Source: Calcarisporiella thermophila CBS 279.70 (lineage: Eukaryota; Fungi; Calcarisporiellomycota). Taken from it: a DNA stretch of 64,000 nt. Shown here piece after piece: positions 12,384 to 24,463 of the stretch. Made by a program: the position numbers and the translations under genes. The stretch is from NCBI RefSeq assembly GCF_041956535.1, contig NW_027192197.1:569829-633828 (forward strand), in the 5' to 3' direction. Positions within the stretch are counted from its first letter, which is position 1. Every line of letters begins with the position of its first letter. A model generated the notes under the pieces. The model did no database searches, was not told where the DNA came from, and worked only from the letters and a program-made list of their open reading frames with translations.

Positions 12384-13721
12384 TTAAAACCCTTCTTTAC
12401 CCAATCGACTCCCTAGACGACTTCCAGAGCGCACCTCTCTCCCACTCGCCGAGTAACCATATCGGCTTGGAGAGGGAATGCCTGACATTTTGGCAGCAGC
12501 TGCAGGGGCTTGTGCGGTGGAAATTTTTGATTTGGGTGTCGACGGTGCAGCTTGCAGTGATCTGCCTGTTGGAGCTGGTTGGGTCGCGCCAACATTCCCG
12601 ATAGGGTTGATTATCCCAGTATTTGCTTTATGAAGCTTGGAGAAGGGAGATCCGGCGAAAGTAGACGTTCCAGAAAGAACATTCTTTCCATTGCTAGTTG
12701 GCGGAATATCATTGAACGGCTGTCGATACACAGGCAGTTTACTTGGTGTGGAAGGACGTGGGATTTGCGTTGGTGTCGAAGGACGCGCGGCGCCCATTAC
12801 TGAGGGTGAATGCGGACGAATAAAAGTTGTCTCCGAGGAAAGCACTTGCTGGCCAGTAGGGACCGGCGGTCGAGTGGTGGCAGAGACAGAGGTAGATCTT
12901 ATCGGTCGGCGCGAATTTATACTAGCTTGCGATGAAGGGATTTCCCCCAGGGACCGCCTGGAAGATACTGGAGGGCCATTGGGAGTTCTGGTAGAGTGCA
13001 TCGGTTTACGAAGCATGCCTGTGGATTCTGAAGGCGTGTTATTTCGTATGGGATGTTTTGTGATGGCATTAGGTGGAGGCATGCGAGAATTTGTATTTCT
13101 TCCTGCCGAGCCCAACGATGACAAGCTCTCTAAACGAAAATCGATAAAAGATTCAATATTGATTCACGGCTGCTTATCTAAGCGTTCAATAATTACCAGC
13201 AATGGAGGTATCGGAACGTGCATCTCCATCAAAAACTGACTGTCGACAAAAGGTGGATGAGTTGACATTTAAAAAAATTGGTTTAGTAATTAAAAGCTGA
13301 CCTTGGGACTTGTTTCACTTCCCCAAAAAACATCCTCATTGTCAGTTGAACCAGTGGATTGCTGATCTCCATTCCCCGTACTGCTACCCATTATTTTGGA
13401 CAGCTTTATCGCAAAAGGAGACTGCAAATTGAGCGAATTCGGACGCGGTTTGGTCGGAGTCGCGTCAATTCTACCGGCTGGCTAAAATTTTCAATGGAAG
13501 TGCACAGATGAATCCTCAATGTTCGTGAATAGCAAGCTTTAACACGGATGAATCCTTACAAGATCAAATTTCTCCTCAAAATTTTCCGCCTGAAGGAACG
13601 GATCCTCATCGATATCAAGAAGATTGAGATCGAGGTCGAGGTCAATTGTTTCGTTTTGACCTATAATATTCTCTAAATCTATATCATCTTGAGGTGATGG
13701 AATTCTAATATCTCCATCCAT
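12384..13721 (-). CDS. Uncharacterised protein: acidic N-terminus, long S/P/T/R-rich disordered region (about 4 exons)
   Basis: Long ORF 12384-13124 joined to upstream exons by GT-AG introns. Contains SxIP-like motifs (TQIP, SKLP, SGIP). Divergent from IMP3. Confidence 0.6.
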
Positions 13722-13889
13722 GATTATCTTATTTTTGGTTCATACAGAATTGATTTAAGCAAATTTTCTACTGCTGAATATTAGGCGCCACCAGCCTAAT
13801 CGACGTGCGGCGCAGATTCGACTGCGGAATTATTGTTTACTTAATTTTGACATTCACATTTTTAATATTGTTCGTCAACTTAAGATAAA

Positions 13890-14687
13890 ATGCGTCAGCT
13901 AAAATATCATGAGCAAAAGCTTCTTCGGAAGACAGATTTCCTTCAGGTATATCAAAGAGCTGCTGAAATATGGACTGAATTCATTCTGATGATATATATT
14001 GCCTGATATAGTGGAAAAATGAGAACAATATTCATGAGATCAAGGTGATGAGGCGATACCATATCCAAAGACGAGAGGATTACATAAAGTAACTTAGTAT
14101 TCCACCCCATCCGCTTCAAAATCCCAATACTAATCCACCCTCATAGATATAATAAGTTATGCGGCCAAATTAAAAAGCTGGCTAATAAGATATCTCTACT
14201 CGATTCTCGAGACCCATTCCGGTCCCAGCGTGAGGATGCCCTGCTCGAGAAACTCTACAATATGGGACTCATTACCGCACGAAAGACCTTTTCACAATGT
14301 GATAAAATAACTGTATCTGCATTCTGCCGCCGGAGATTACCGATAGTGATGTGCCGACTGAAGATGGCGGAAACTGTAAAAGAGGCAGTGACCCTCGTAG
14401 AACAAGGTCACATTCGAGTGGGGCCAGAGACAGTGACGGATCCAGCCTATTTGGTCACAAGGTGTGCATTCTTTTCTTTTTTTTTCGAGTTCTGATATGA
14501 ACACTAAACTATTGGTGCACGATAGAAATATGGAAGATTTCGTGACATGGGTCGACACATCTAAAATCAAACGACACGTTCTCAAATACAACGACAAGGT
14601 AAGCGTCCATAGGTTATGTGGTGTTTTTCTGATCAAATGTGCTCACAAAATATATGATTTTAGCTGGACGACTTCGACCTGTTGTGA
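13890..14687 (+). CDS. IMP3: U3 snoRNP protein Imp3 (S4 domain; 5 exons)
   Basis: [20 protein letters not shown]...[19 protein letters not shown]...[13 protein letters not shown]...[31 protein letters not shown]...LDDFDLL*. Confidence 0.95.
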
Positions 14688-16121
14688 GAAATGTGAAATT
14701 TTTGCTTTTCATTTGTACCCTATTTATAATACAATTACCCACCTTTTTCGAAAATTTTTTTCCGGTGATATTGAAGAAGACAACATGAAACACTGTTTTA
14801 TATAGTACAATTTTATAATATAGAGTCCACGGCGTAGCCATACAACAACCACCACATGAAAACCATTTACAGCATAGAACCTGAAATAACATGCTCTTCA
14901 AGGCTCCCTTCATTTCCTTTATTCGTTCAAGATTAGTCGACTTTGTTGCAATATTATTGTAACTTTTCTAGCCTCCTTCCATCCCCTAGTCTTGTCAGCC
15001 TACAGGATCCGCCAACTTTTTCAAGACCCATAATTTCAGATTATCACGTAAGAGAGTAGCGCAGCTAGACGTCAAAAGGCTAGCCAAGTAATTCTCCGAA
15101 CACGTGGTTGTATTGACATTGAGCCGACTCCTTCTCCCTCCGCTTTTACGCCCACCCTACTGTTTGTACCATTGGTGATCTGCACTCTGATATCGGTTCG
15201 TGGATACATATTGACCTTCAAGTTACCCTATCCCAGTATTGATTACTTTACGAGCACTTTTAACGAGATAAATATTGAGATCAAACAATGAAAAGTAGGA
15301 AAAGGTAGATGAAACATGTCTTCTCCCTCCGTCAACTTGGCCTTTCCATCTCCATGTGCCTCCCCTCCGAGAAAGCAGGCTTAGCAAAAAAGCACTTCTA
15401 TTACAGTTTAGTGGCATAAGTTTAATATTGTCACCGGTATCGATACCAAAATATGAACCTCCTCCGGAATTAAACCCGGCTCAAAATTACCTCGTTGTCA
15501 TATTTGAGGGGAAATAGGCAAACAGAAATTTGCATTGCATTACATCTAATAAAAAAAGCTCTTTAGACGATTGCAAAATAAAAATTGCTTTTTAAAGTTA
15601 CTTTTCCGCCTAGCTTACTTCTGATATGCTCTTTCAGAAGTCGGCCTGACCACATTCGGAGAAGAAACGAATACGAACGCTATCGATCCAATCAAGCGAT
15701 TCCCACACTTCTTGTGACCCCTCGTGATTAATGTCGAAAACAATTAGACTTGCTATCCAAAGTAATATCTCTCGCTCAGGAATATAACCTGATAAATACC
15801 AGCGAAAATGACAAGGTTAAATAAGAATGACAATAGAGCTTCTTGCCCATCCGCTTTCCTCTGCTCCAGCTATGCTTGCCCCTGAAATATCAGTCTATTT
15901 CGGAATCTGAAGATCGCCTCCGCATAAACAGCAGAATGAACAATAACACGCTAAGCCACAACACATATTAAATAATTACAATTCTTTGACTTTGTCTTTC
16001 ATATTTTTGGTCCCTTAAAAATCGTATAGATTTATATATAATTATATATTTACATATATCCCTTAGTGCCAGCATTTCGAGTTGAAGTAGTCAAGATTGA
16101 GCAAGAATACAGCTTTTCATA

Positions 16122-18711
16122 ATGTCGGTGGAAGATGTGTTCCCTGCAACCGCGACGCCACCGATAAGTTAGTCCATGGATTTTCGGTATGGTAGATGCG
16201 GTCAGAGAAATAACCCAAATCTACTTTTAACCGTAGAAAAAATTCTCTTCTTTGTACACGGAATTGGGCGTCAGTACGGAAAGTATGGTAATCTCGAGCA
16301 CTCTGGTAGGTCGAATTTTCAACATTCAAGCATTCTGCCAATGGCTTCCGGAATGGACTCAACGAAAAAAATTTAAAAATACACGTGTAAACTCACATTC
16401 TTCTGCCTCCATTGCACCATTTAAAGCCAACACACTTCAGCGGAGTATCGACGAGCTTCTTCCCACACTTTTCCCGAAATCGGACAGTCAAGTCGAAGTG
16501 ATACCCATTGGTATTCTTTTACTTTCAAGGATGTTTTTTCTATAAGCTTCCATGAACTCACGCGTTGATTTTCCATGCTTCCAGAATGGCACAGCGGATT
16601 ACACAAAGTAGTAGATGATAAAATATCAAAATCGACACTTAAAACGATCCCGAAGGTGCGGCTTATGACAAACGATTGGATGTTCGATGCAGGATACTGT
16701 ATATATAGTCATCATTTGAACCAGTTTACGTGGATTGATTTTATTTTTGATTTCCTCTCTTATCGGCAGACGTTACAAACTATTACGGCCAGGTCATAGT
16801 GGATACTGTGGTAACTAAGATGAACGAGGCCTACGCGCGCTATATCGAAGAGCATCCCGATTTTGAGGTGGCTGGTGGAGAAGTGTCGGTGATTGCGTTT
16901 TCGCTGGGTGGCATTGTGATGTACGACATCCTTGTGAATCAGGACACCGATTGCATTGCGGGGAAATTCCAGCTCCAGATTGACAAACTGAATTTCAAAG
17001 TACGACATTTGTTTACTTGCGGGAGCCCCATCGGTGAGTTTAAATCTGATGTGTTCTCGGTTCTCGAAACGATCTGATGGCAACCCTCCCCTAATTAGCC
17101 GCACTGATTGTGATGCGAGGACAGTACATCAATGACTATCTTCCCCCGGATTACTGCACCTTCCACAACATATTCCACCCATATGATCCCTTTGGCTACC
17201 GCATCGAGACGCTCATTGATGAATCCTATTGCCATATACCGCCCGTTGTAATTGAACGCGTCCAACGCAAGCGCATACTGCCCAAAGGAGTTCTACCTAC
17301 TCTGGGGTTGCCTTCACTCACGGAGCTAGGGTCTACGGCCCTGGCAGTGAAGGCGAAGGGACTGTTGAGCTACGGCAGACTAAATGCTCGAGAGAGCTTC
17401 CTATTTGAAAGTTTGATGAGAAGTACCTCCACTCGTTTTGAGAGAGCAAACCTGGACCCTGTAAATAACAGCACCAAAGCAAGCGGAGACCATAACCACT
17501 TAAAACGGCAGAGTAGTGCAGACTCGTTACTTTTGCTCTCACGAGGAGGGAAGATGCGCAATCGCCCAGCGGGCGTTGATCTGAATTTGAAGATCAACAT
17601 GACGAGCCAAGATGAATGTGGGAAGCAGGGCTTATATAGACACATGCACTGCTCTATTTCGGTGAAAGCAAGTGAACGTCAGGGGATAATGAAGGCGGAT
17701 GACAATCAATATCCGACTCTTACGACGGACGAAAAAGATTTTGGTTCGGGAGACTATGAACTAGACGACGGGCCTATGTCGTTAACGATCGCTCAGAGTG
17801 TTTCCTCTACCCCAGAAGGCCGATTGACGAACGATGGAGAGTCGGAAGGAGAATTGACGGTCTGCAATGATCCGATGCCAGTTCATACTTCCTCTGCAAC
17901 TCAGGGCTTGTCCCACCAGCCGTTTGGAGGCCCTAAACCCGAAGCAGTGAGAAACTCATTGAGCCTGCCAAATCTACAGCGTGTTCCCAATAGCTCCTCT
18001 CGGAGACTGTCTGAATCGCCTCTCTCCGAATCTGATGCGAATGATCCTATGCTTGAGGGCATGAGCGAGCGTGAAGGGGTAGACGATAAGGCGGCAAATA
18101 TCGCAAGAAGCAAAAGAAGACTGTTAGAAATGGCCGGCTCGGTAGCTAAGGCCGCGTTGTCTGCACTCTCAGCTGTGAGCGGTATGTCATCGGAAAATTT
18201 GGGTGGGGAGACAAAGCGCTTTCCATATCAGCCGCCTTCTTGTTTCACAGAGGAGGTGGAAATTGGGGATGCAGAGCCCTCAACTGAAGTCATCGATGGG
18301 ATGGCAAATAACGTGAATACGTTCATACCGACCGCGCGCTCTGCATCCATTTCGGATGGGAACAGTGAGGATGCCGAGGAGAGCAATGCGACGGCCACAA
18401 ATCCCGATCCAATTCATCCTCGAATCGATCACGTACTTACCGAGACATTGCTCGATAATTATGCAAGCGAGTGGATAGTCGCCCTCAAAAGCCACTTTCG
18501 TTACTGGGCAAATCGGGACGTGGTGTTGCATATGCTCAGGACGTGGAAGAAGGAGCAAGAGAAGATGGAGGGAGAAGTCCATACGCCGTATGAGACCATG
18601 AAAGCTCAAATAAGTAGACAAGAATTGCCAGAGGACGAGTTGGAGAATGAATCAGACGATTTCTATAGTCCAAGCGAGGCTACTCTGCCGGAACAGATTT
18701 ATGGAAACTAA
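16122..18711 (+). CDS. DDHD-domain intracellular phospholipase A1
   Basis: Motifs FFVHGIG, IPIEWH, AFSLGG (lipase Ser), FTCGSP, NIFHPYDPFGYRIE, RIDHVL and KSHFRYW...DV. Start inferred by splicing. Confidence 0.85.
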
Positions 18712-19315
18712 TTGCGAGAGTAATATGCATTCAGGAAAAAATAGGTGGTAATTTTTTTTTTCCAATTGTTTCATTTTTTGTAGTTACTATCCTTTCGGGC
18801 CAATGTTGTGTGGTATTGTTCTCTATGCATCATGTGTTGATTTTTGATTTTTTATTCCTCTACTTTGAACGACATTTTGGATTGAGGTTTTTTGATTTAT
18901 TTTCTTTCATCATTTCTTGCATGTTGATTTCTTTATTATTTTCTCATTTCTTTTTCTCATTATTTTTTTTTTTTTACTTGCTCCGATGATTTTCAGCGAT
19001 ATATTTTTATAAATGACTTTCTCTTTCAACTCCTATAGCATATACAAAGATATATAAAAATACATTGGAAAAAAACAATAGCAAATAGAAGAGAGTAAAA
19101 CTGGAGGAGTTTAAAAAATTCGCAAAAGTCAATAGAGGGCAAAAAAAAGAGCAAACAGCTAAATATATCGAAATGTAGGTTAAAAATAGCTACAGGGGTG
19201 GAAGAGGATGAGGAAAGGTTCCTTTGAGCCTGCAAAAAAAAAAGAGAAAAGAAATAGAAAACATGTTTCCTGAACTCTATGTATTCCCCAAATAAAAAAA
19301 AGGAAGAGGTAAGGA

Positions 19316-20614
19316 TTATGCTTGCGACTGAGGCTGAGAGCTAGAGGGTTGTCCATCTTCCGAAGATTCATTCGTTGTGGATGGCTGCGAGTTAGTAGCA
19401 CCCACCCCAGCTTCCGCACTAGCGTCACTGTCACCATCATCGTCCTCACTTCTCGCTTGGCCCGTATCCCTCATAAGGTCTTCGGTCCTTTCTTCCTCGT
19501 CCACTGTGCTCCGAGTCTCGCTCGATTCGCCACTTTCAGGGGTGGTACTCATCTCCTCTATTGTCTCTGGTCTCCCATGCTCATTTTCATTTTCATTACT
19601 ATTCTCGTTCTCATTTTGGCCAGCGTTTTCCTGTCGTGCCTCAGCCTCCAAAAGACTCAGGCGAATGGCCTCCATGACCATCAGCTCTTCCAACTCCAAG
19701 TCCATTCGATACATTGCCGCCAAATATCCACCCGAGTTCGGCAATCGTTCAGGCCGAATGATAATCCTACGCGAGTTCCCAGACCCTCCCCGTTGGTGAG
19801 AATTGGCTGATGCGGCAAGTTGGTGTTGGCGAGCCCAATCAGGGCGGATTTGATCGGTAGTCACTACCGAGGGGTCTTTGTGTGAAAGGGATTTTCGCCG
19901 GGGCTTATCCTTGCTGCTACGGGAGGAAGAGGAGAGTGGAAGTGTGTGGCTGCGGGGCCTTGCTGCAGAGGACTGTGGGAGGCATCAGGTATATAAAAAA
20001 ATATGCAAGCATTAGCTAATATCAGATACGGGCCAATTCCTTTCAAAATACGTACATTCTGTGCATTCTCTCCTAGGATAGCTGAGAGGTCTGGTGGGAC
20101 ATATATTACTCCAAAGTTTGGCTCGACGCAAAATGGGCAGGCTGTGGGTGAGCCATCCGGAGGACGCTTAATTTGGACAAAGCATTCCGTACATACCGTC
20201 TGATCGCAACAGCGAGATCGGTTGATAAAATGTGGATAATACTACAAAAAAATTGAACATGGAGCCAATCAGCCATGTGTGCACACAAAAGCCGCCTGCC
20301 ATTCGAGCTAAACTCACCAAAAAGCAAATTGGGCATTCGACCACGCTCTTATACAGTGCCTTTTCAATCTTCTCCTTTTTACTCAGTACCCCCGCGCCTT
20401 TTCCCGCATTTTCTTTGGGAGAAACCCCCCCTGGGTCATTAGACTCGTTCAATCCCTTGTAGAAAGGAGCCAGCTTCCTCTCTGTGATGAGCCTCCGCAC
20501 CACGCGAACATCATAATCTTGAGGTGTTGAATATACGCCCTGGGGAGTAAGTGACCCTCCATCGATGGTATCATCCGTGGGTTTGGCGTGATCTTTAGTA
20601 TTTGATTGGCCCAT
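19316..20614 (-). CDS. SIP5: Sip5-family RING/Zn-finger protein (3 exons)
   Basis: MGQSNTK (myristoylation-type start), [11 protein letters not shown]...[32 protein letters not shown]...[11 protein letters not shown]...CPFC, IRPDW, and UIM-like [14 protein letters not shown]. Confidence 0.88.
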
Positions 20615-22343
20615 GATTATTGAGTGAAGCCGATCGAGAGCGTACTGTTCTAAATGCACATTGCAGAAAAACTCTCTTGCCCCCTTCTTTTTTTATATAT
20701 AAATTCGAAATTTGCACTGCGCCGCCAAGTTTCTGTGATTTTTCTTCCAACGCTATGTTAACATTTGATAATTTGGCGTCAAGATCAAATTTCGCAAATT
20801 AAAACGAAAAAAAAAAAATCGCGCTTTCTCTTTTCAGTTGACTTTGAAGTTAATTTGCGTTTAGCTCTTCAGCACAGATTAATAAAGAAAGACAGGATTA
20901 GGGTCTTCGCAACTATCTCAGAAGGGAAACAGGAATTACCCACACTGTATTCACGCTTTGACCCTCGATTTTAGCTGTCACTCGCTAAAAGGGTACTTTG
21001 GAAGGACATTTTAGAAGATTCCCCAGACGCTAAGCCATGCCGATGCTGGGCCTTCCGTCGATGCTAGTAGTTGGACATGGTAGCAATAACTGAGCTTACC
21101 TACGAGTAGAATGAAATATTGAATAGAAAACAACACGTGTTTCGATATAAAGACTGCGTCTTATTAGAGGTTTTTTTTTCCTTTCTCAATTATGTAATAA
21201 ACTCAATTATACAGTAAACAAAAGATGGGAATCACTGGTATTAGTTGAGAAATCTATACGAAAACCACTTGACTTAATCTGGAGAGTCTGGGTAATTTAA
21301 AGGCTAATATACTCTGCTGCCAATGAATTCTTTCTATTTTTAAAAAAGCAATAAAAAGCTGGACAGGTTAATTAGAAGGAAAAAATGAAAACTTAATTAT
21401 GACATTTTGTGTTGCTGCGACTACTACAGTATCCAAGATGATTATCAAGCGACAGAGCATTATTATGCCACTGTGAAGCGATTGCCTATCTGATAACTCA
21501 GTAACAAGCAACGGTGTCAATATCGATACAATATACCTACAAAAAAAAGACACCGTCTAACAGTGAATTAAGTACGGAAACCTCTGGGTACATCAATTGG
21601 CCAAATTGTAACTTGGCCCTGAACAACTATAACTTTCATGAACATAGTTTTATTGGAATGGTAAAAAAAAGTGGACATATTTAAATCTACTCTCTCAACA
21701 AACTGCGGTTAACCTAAAATGCGAATCTACGACTGGTTGTGAACATACAAAGACATAAAATGATTGCTTTCAAAGAAATTAGCATACTGGAGGACTAATC
21801 GATTACAATTTTTATACACATGATTCAGTAAGAAGCGTGCCACCAAAATAACTACGAGCTCTACTACCCCATACATGCTGGGCTCAGCATAACTGCCCGA
21901 TTCATCTTTGAGATTGAGAGCAAATCATCAATTTCTATATTCCATTCTTGACACGCTCAATCGAGTTTGAATACCAATACCAGGTGGACGATATGTTTAA
22001 TGGAGTTGAGAACTGGGGATCCGGGAATGAAAGGACTCTGTTCGGACGTGTCCTAACCTTTTGTGGCAAAAATCTGACGACAAGTGTTTTGAAATTGCAA
22101 AGTGACGAATTATCTCATTATTTTGGACTAGGATTTGGATTGATAGGAAAAGGTAGCAAAGAGTAAAGCATTAGTTGACATGGTGATGGGCTCGCTTCTT
22201 GAATTTCTTCTCCGTTTATCGAACAACTATATCTCACAAAATTTTCGAATAAATAATTTAATCAGTAATGTAGATTTCAAAATGTACAAGGATTTGGAGT
22301 TTAGTTCAATGAATGCAAAACTTATTTACTTGCACAGAAGTAA

Positions 22344-22658
22344 TTAGCAATGACCACCGTTTACACCATCAATACGACCTCCAAAATCACCTTTATAGCT
22401 ACGTCTCCAATCACCGCTGTGTATACTACGTGTTTCTTTTGGTGTCGAACTTATAAAACAAGCGTCGGTTGCTGCAACAAAAGACCCAACATTATCATGA
22501 AGCGCTGGAGGCAAATCTCTGTAACCACTATTAGCTGTCCATTCCCATGATGATCCATGAAAGTCGGTACCACTATAAAAACAAACAGAACCACCAGGGC
22601 ATGCAGGTGGACCAGCGCTGACGATAGGGAATAGACTGAGTACAATGCAAATCTTCAT
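22344..22658 (-). CDS. Small secreted peptidase inhibitor I36 / beta-gamma-crystallin-like protein, intronless (104 aa)
   Basis: Signal peptide MKICIVLSLFPIVSA followed by ACPGGSVCFYSGTDFHG...W...LPPALHDNVGSF, the pattern of actinobacterial I36 proteins. TATA-like tract upstream. Confidence 0.75.
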   Translation of the reverse strand: MKICIVLSLFPIVSAGPPACPGGSVCFYSGTDFHGSSWEWTANSGYRDLPPALHDNVGSFVAATDACFISSTPKETRSIHSGDWRRSYKGDFGGRIDGVNGGHC

Positions 22659-23350
22659 ATTTTGTTTCCTATTAATGATGAATGTGAATTTGAAATGGTT
22701 AATATCAACAGATGCTATCAATTAGCTATATATATTAAATTTCGATCTCAGATTAAAGAAGCAATCTGTTTTTATAGAGCAGGAAATAATAAAGCGGAAC
22801 TCCAGTCAATCTAATATAATGAAATTACGACTTGCATTTAACATTACTTTATAATTTGGTTCTCTCAACAAGCCTTGCGTAAAATTGGATGTGCATATAA
22901 GAATATATTATATTGGCCAAATACAATTACAATTGGATAATTTTTTTCTTGTGAATGTGGAAGTTCTTTAGTCAACCTTTTCTTAATTCCAATGAAGCTT
23001 ATAGCCCTAATACAAAGATTAATTGCTCGACCGCAATCCGTTCTTCTTCAACCTAGATAAGGTAGATGAAATAAAAATTTAAACCATGTAAGGAACGCAC
23101 ATATAGCGTACATTCTTTTCTTTTTCTTTTATACAAAGAATATTTTCGTGATGAATTTATAAAAATAAATATATGAAATTATGAAAAAATAGCCAAAATG
23201 ATAAGATTTTAACTAGATAAGACATGCCAGCAACAAAGAAGCAAAAAGAAATTAGAAAAGGCTATTAGAATGGTAAGCCCGCCCACGGTGTTGCCACGGG
23301 CGACTTGGGAACTATATTTACATCCATAAAGGCATCAGAACTCATCAATA

Positions 23351-24463
23351 TTATACATTGCATATAAAGGTCGGGATTCCATCGCGGGTGACAGTAGCGC
23401 ATATTGGCTCTCCATTTGAATCGGGGTAGACTGTGGTGGTTGAGTCGGGGCATTTAATCACCGACGTCTTTCTTCGAATGATGGTGGTGCAGAGGGCTGC
23501 GGAGGTTGGCGAGCTTTTTATTGAAGAGGTCTTGACTGGCGCTTCCAAAAAATAAGTGTAGGTTCTCCAAGGGCACTCCTCAATGATAGAGTCTCTGTAC
23601 GTTTTGGTTTGACACGAAACCGGGAGCGTAATGGTTGGGATGGATATAGTCATTTTAGTCGTGGTAGTGGTTGTTGTCGGGACAGAGATACTCTGAGTTG
23701 TTGTGATAGGATTATCGTAAGCGTATTGTGTATCTGTGCAAATGTACTCTATGCTTCCGTTTCTTGGAGTAAACGAGCAGATTTGAGTAGCATAAGTGGG
23801 TTCGAATTCAGGTTCGAATTCTGGGTCGGACTCCAGTTCGAAATCAAGATCGTATTCGGGCTCCAATTTAGGTTCGAATTCCAACTCTGGCTCTGCTGTT
23901 TCTTCGAAATCTATCTCCGGTTCGGGCTCTGGCTCTGGTGAAGATTCTGGAGCAATCTGTGTCGGCCAACTGTAGTAAGTATAGGTAGTTGAGGCACATT
24001 GCTTGACATATTTATAGTTTCCAAGTGAGAGGGTTTTGCATTCGCTTGAGGCGGGAGTTTGCACGGAGGGAGGCGGCGGTGGCGTCATTGGAGTAGGGGT
24101 GGAGTAAGCCGGGCTTGTGTCCGTTCTCACCCAAACTATTGCGTTGTATGTGGAGCCGGTAGGAAGTTCTGCTCCTTTGCCCGTTTTTAAGTAGAGGATC
24201 TCGTTGAAATCTGCACTAGTTGTGGTGGGACATACTAGACCGTACCCACCCTCGGCGAGCTCTACCGTTGAACACGCTTTATTCGAAGGATCTTTGGAAA
24301 GGGTCAAATGTTTCCTGGTAGCTGTGGAGGCGGTCGTTGTCTCGGTGTTCTTACGGGTGTAGAAGAGATCACTAAAAAACTTCATGATCTCGATCGGCGC
24401 CGCAGAGCAAACATTGGCGGCATAGAGAAATGCAATGGTCAAAATAAAGATATCTAATCTCAT
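23351..24463 (-). CDS. Secreted Thr/Ser/Pro-rich protein with six Cys-pair modules and an acidic (E/D)PE repeat
   Basis: 370-aa ORF with signal peptide MRLDIFILTIAFLYAANVCSAAP. A 45-nt intron at the 3' end could extend the C-terminus. Confidence 0.8.
   Translation of the reverse strand: MRLDIFILTIAFLYAANVCSAAPIEIMKFFSDLFYTRKNTETTTASTATRKHLTLSKDPSNKACSTVELAEGGYGLVCPTTTSADFNEILYLKTGKGAELPTGSTYNAIVWVRTDTSPAYSTPTPMTPPPPPSVQTPASSECKTLSLGNYKYVKQCASTTYTYYSWPTQIAPESSPEPEPEPEIDFEETAEPELEFEPKLEPEYDLDFELESDPEFEPEFEPTYATQICSFTPRNGSIEYICTDTQYAYDNPITTTQSISVPTTTTTTTKMTISIPTITLPVSCQTKTYRDSIIEECPWRTYTYFLEAPVKTSSIKSSPTSAALCTTIIRRKTSVIKCPDSTTTVYPDSNGEPICATVTRDGIPTFICNV

Noticed and set aside
15030-15420. Short open frames between IMP3 and the DDHD gene
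   Set aside because: No consistent splice model or recognisable motif. Probably UTR or intergenic.
23795-23885. Repeated GGTTCGAATTC resembling tRNA T-arms or array repeats
   Set aside because: These are the antisense of EPEF codons in the secreted protein. There is no cloverleaf or spacer structure.
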